Under the pieces are notes generated by a model. The model did not search any database. It was not told the origin of the DNA and saw only the letters and a list, made by a program, of their open reading frames with translations. A program made the position numbers and the translations under genes. A stretch of 63,168 bases of DNA from a virus (taxonomy: Duplodnaviria > Heunggongvirae > Uroviricota > Caudoviricetes): IMG/VR virus record IMGVR_UViG_2526164633_000022, positions 1 to 63,168 of that record; one strand, given 5' to 3'. Below, piece by piece: positions 63,116 through 63,168 of the stretch. Position 1 is the first letter of the stretch. Every line of letters starts with the position of its first letter.

Positions 63116-63168
63116 TGATTTTTATGCGCAGCTGGACGTAAACTCCTCTTCAGACCTAATAACTTCGT

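Overview
The window is a contiguous ~63 kb segment of a P1-like temperate phage-plasmid from an enterobacterial host, not an integrated prophage: there is no integrase or att site, but there is a plasmid replicon (repA with flanking 19-bp iterons, DnaA boxes and a GATC cluster), parA-parB with a centromere-like site, and phd-doc. Left to right: tail-fibre gene (truncated at window start), baseplate genes and the sit injection transglycosylase (minus strand, 1-11.5 kb); an AT-rich three-gene envelope-protein cassette (11.7-13.9 kb); immunity region c4-icd-ant; lytic replicon kilA-repL; a hok/gef-type toxin; sheath and major head genes; parS-parB-parA-incA-repA-oriR; small envelope genes; hrdC and dmt; a ~1 kb non-coding interval with one tRNA-Ile(CAU)-like gene; ban helicase; baseplate spike/hub block; a long plus-strand accessory region; hot, LexA box, humD, phd-doc; lpa; pacA (with pac hexamer clusters) and pacB; c1 repressor and coi. 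At least 13 C1-operator-like 17-mers are dispersed through the window. The strongest candidate for an undescribed system is the AT-rich envelope cassette, whose first product ends in a motif copied from Sit. Other notable points are the hok toxin missing from the ORF track, a tRNA-like gene whose acceptor stem cannot pair, and two overlapping GxGPS paralogues. Everything here comes from reading the sequence and from recalled family signatures and P1 gene order; no database search or folding program was run, so family names are hypotheses.
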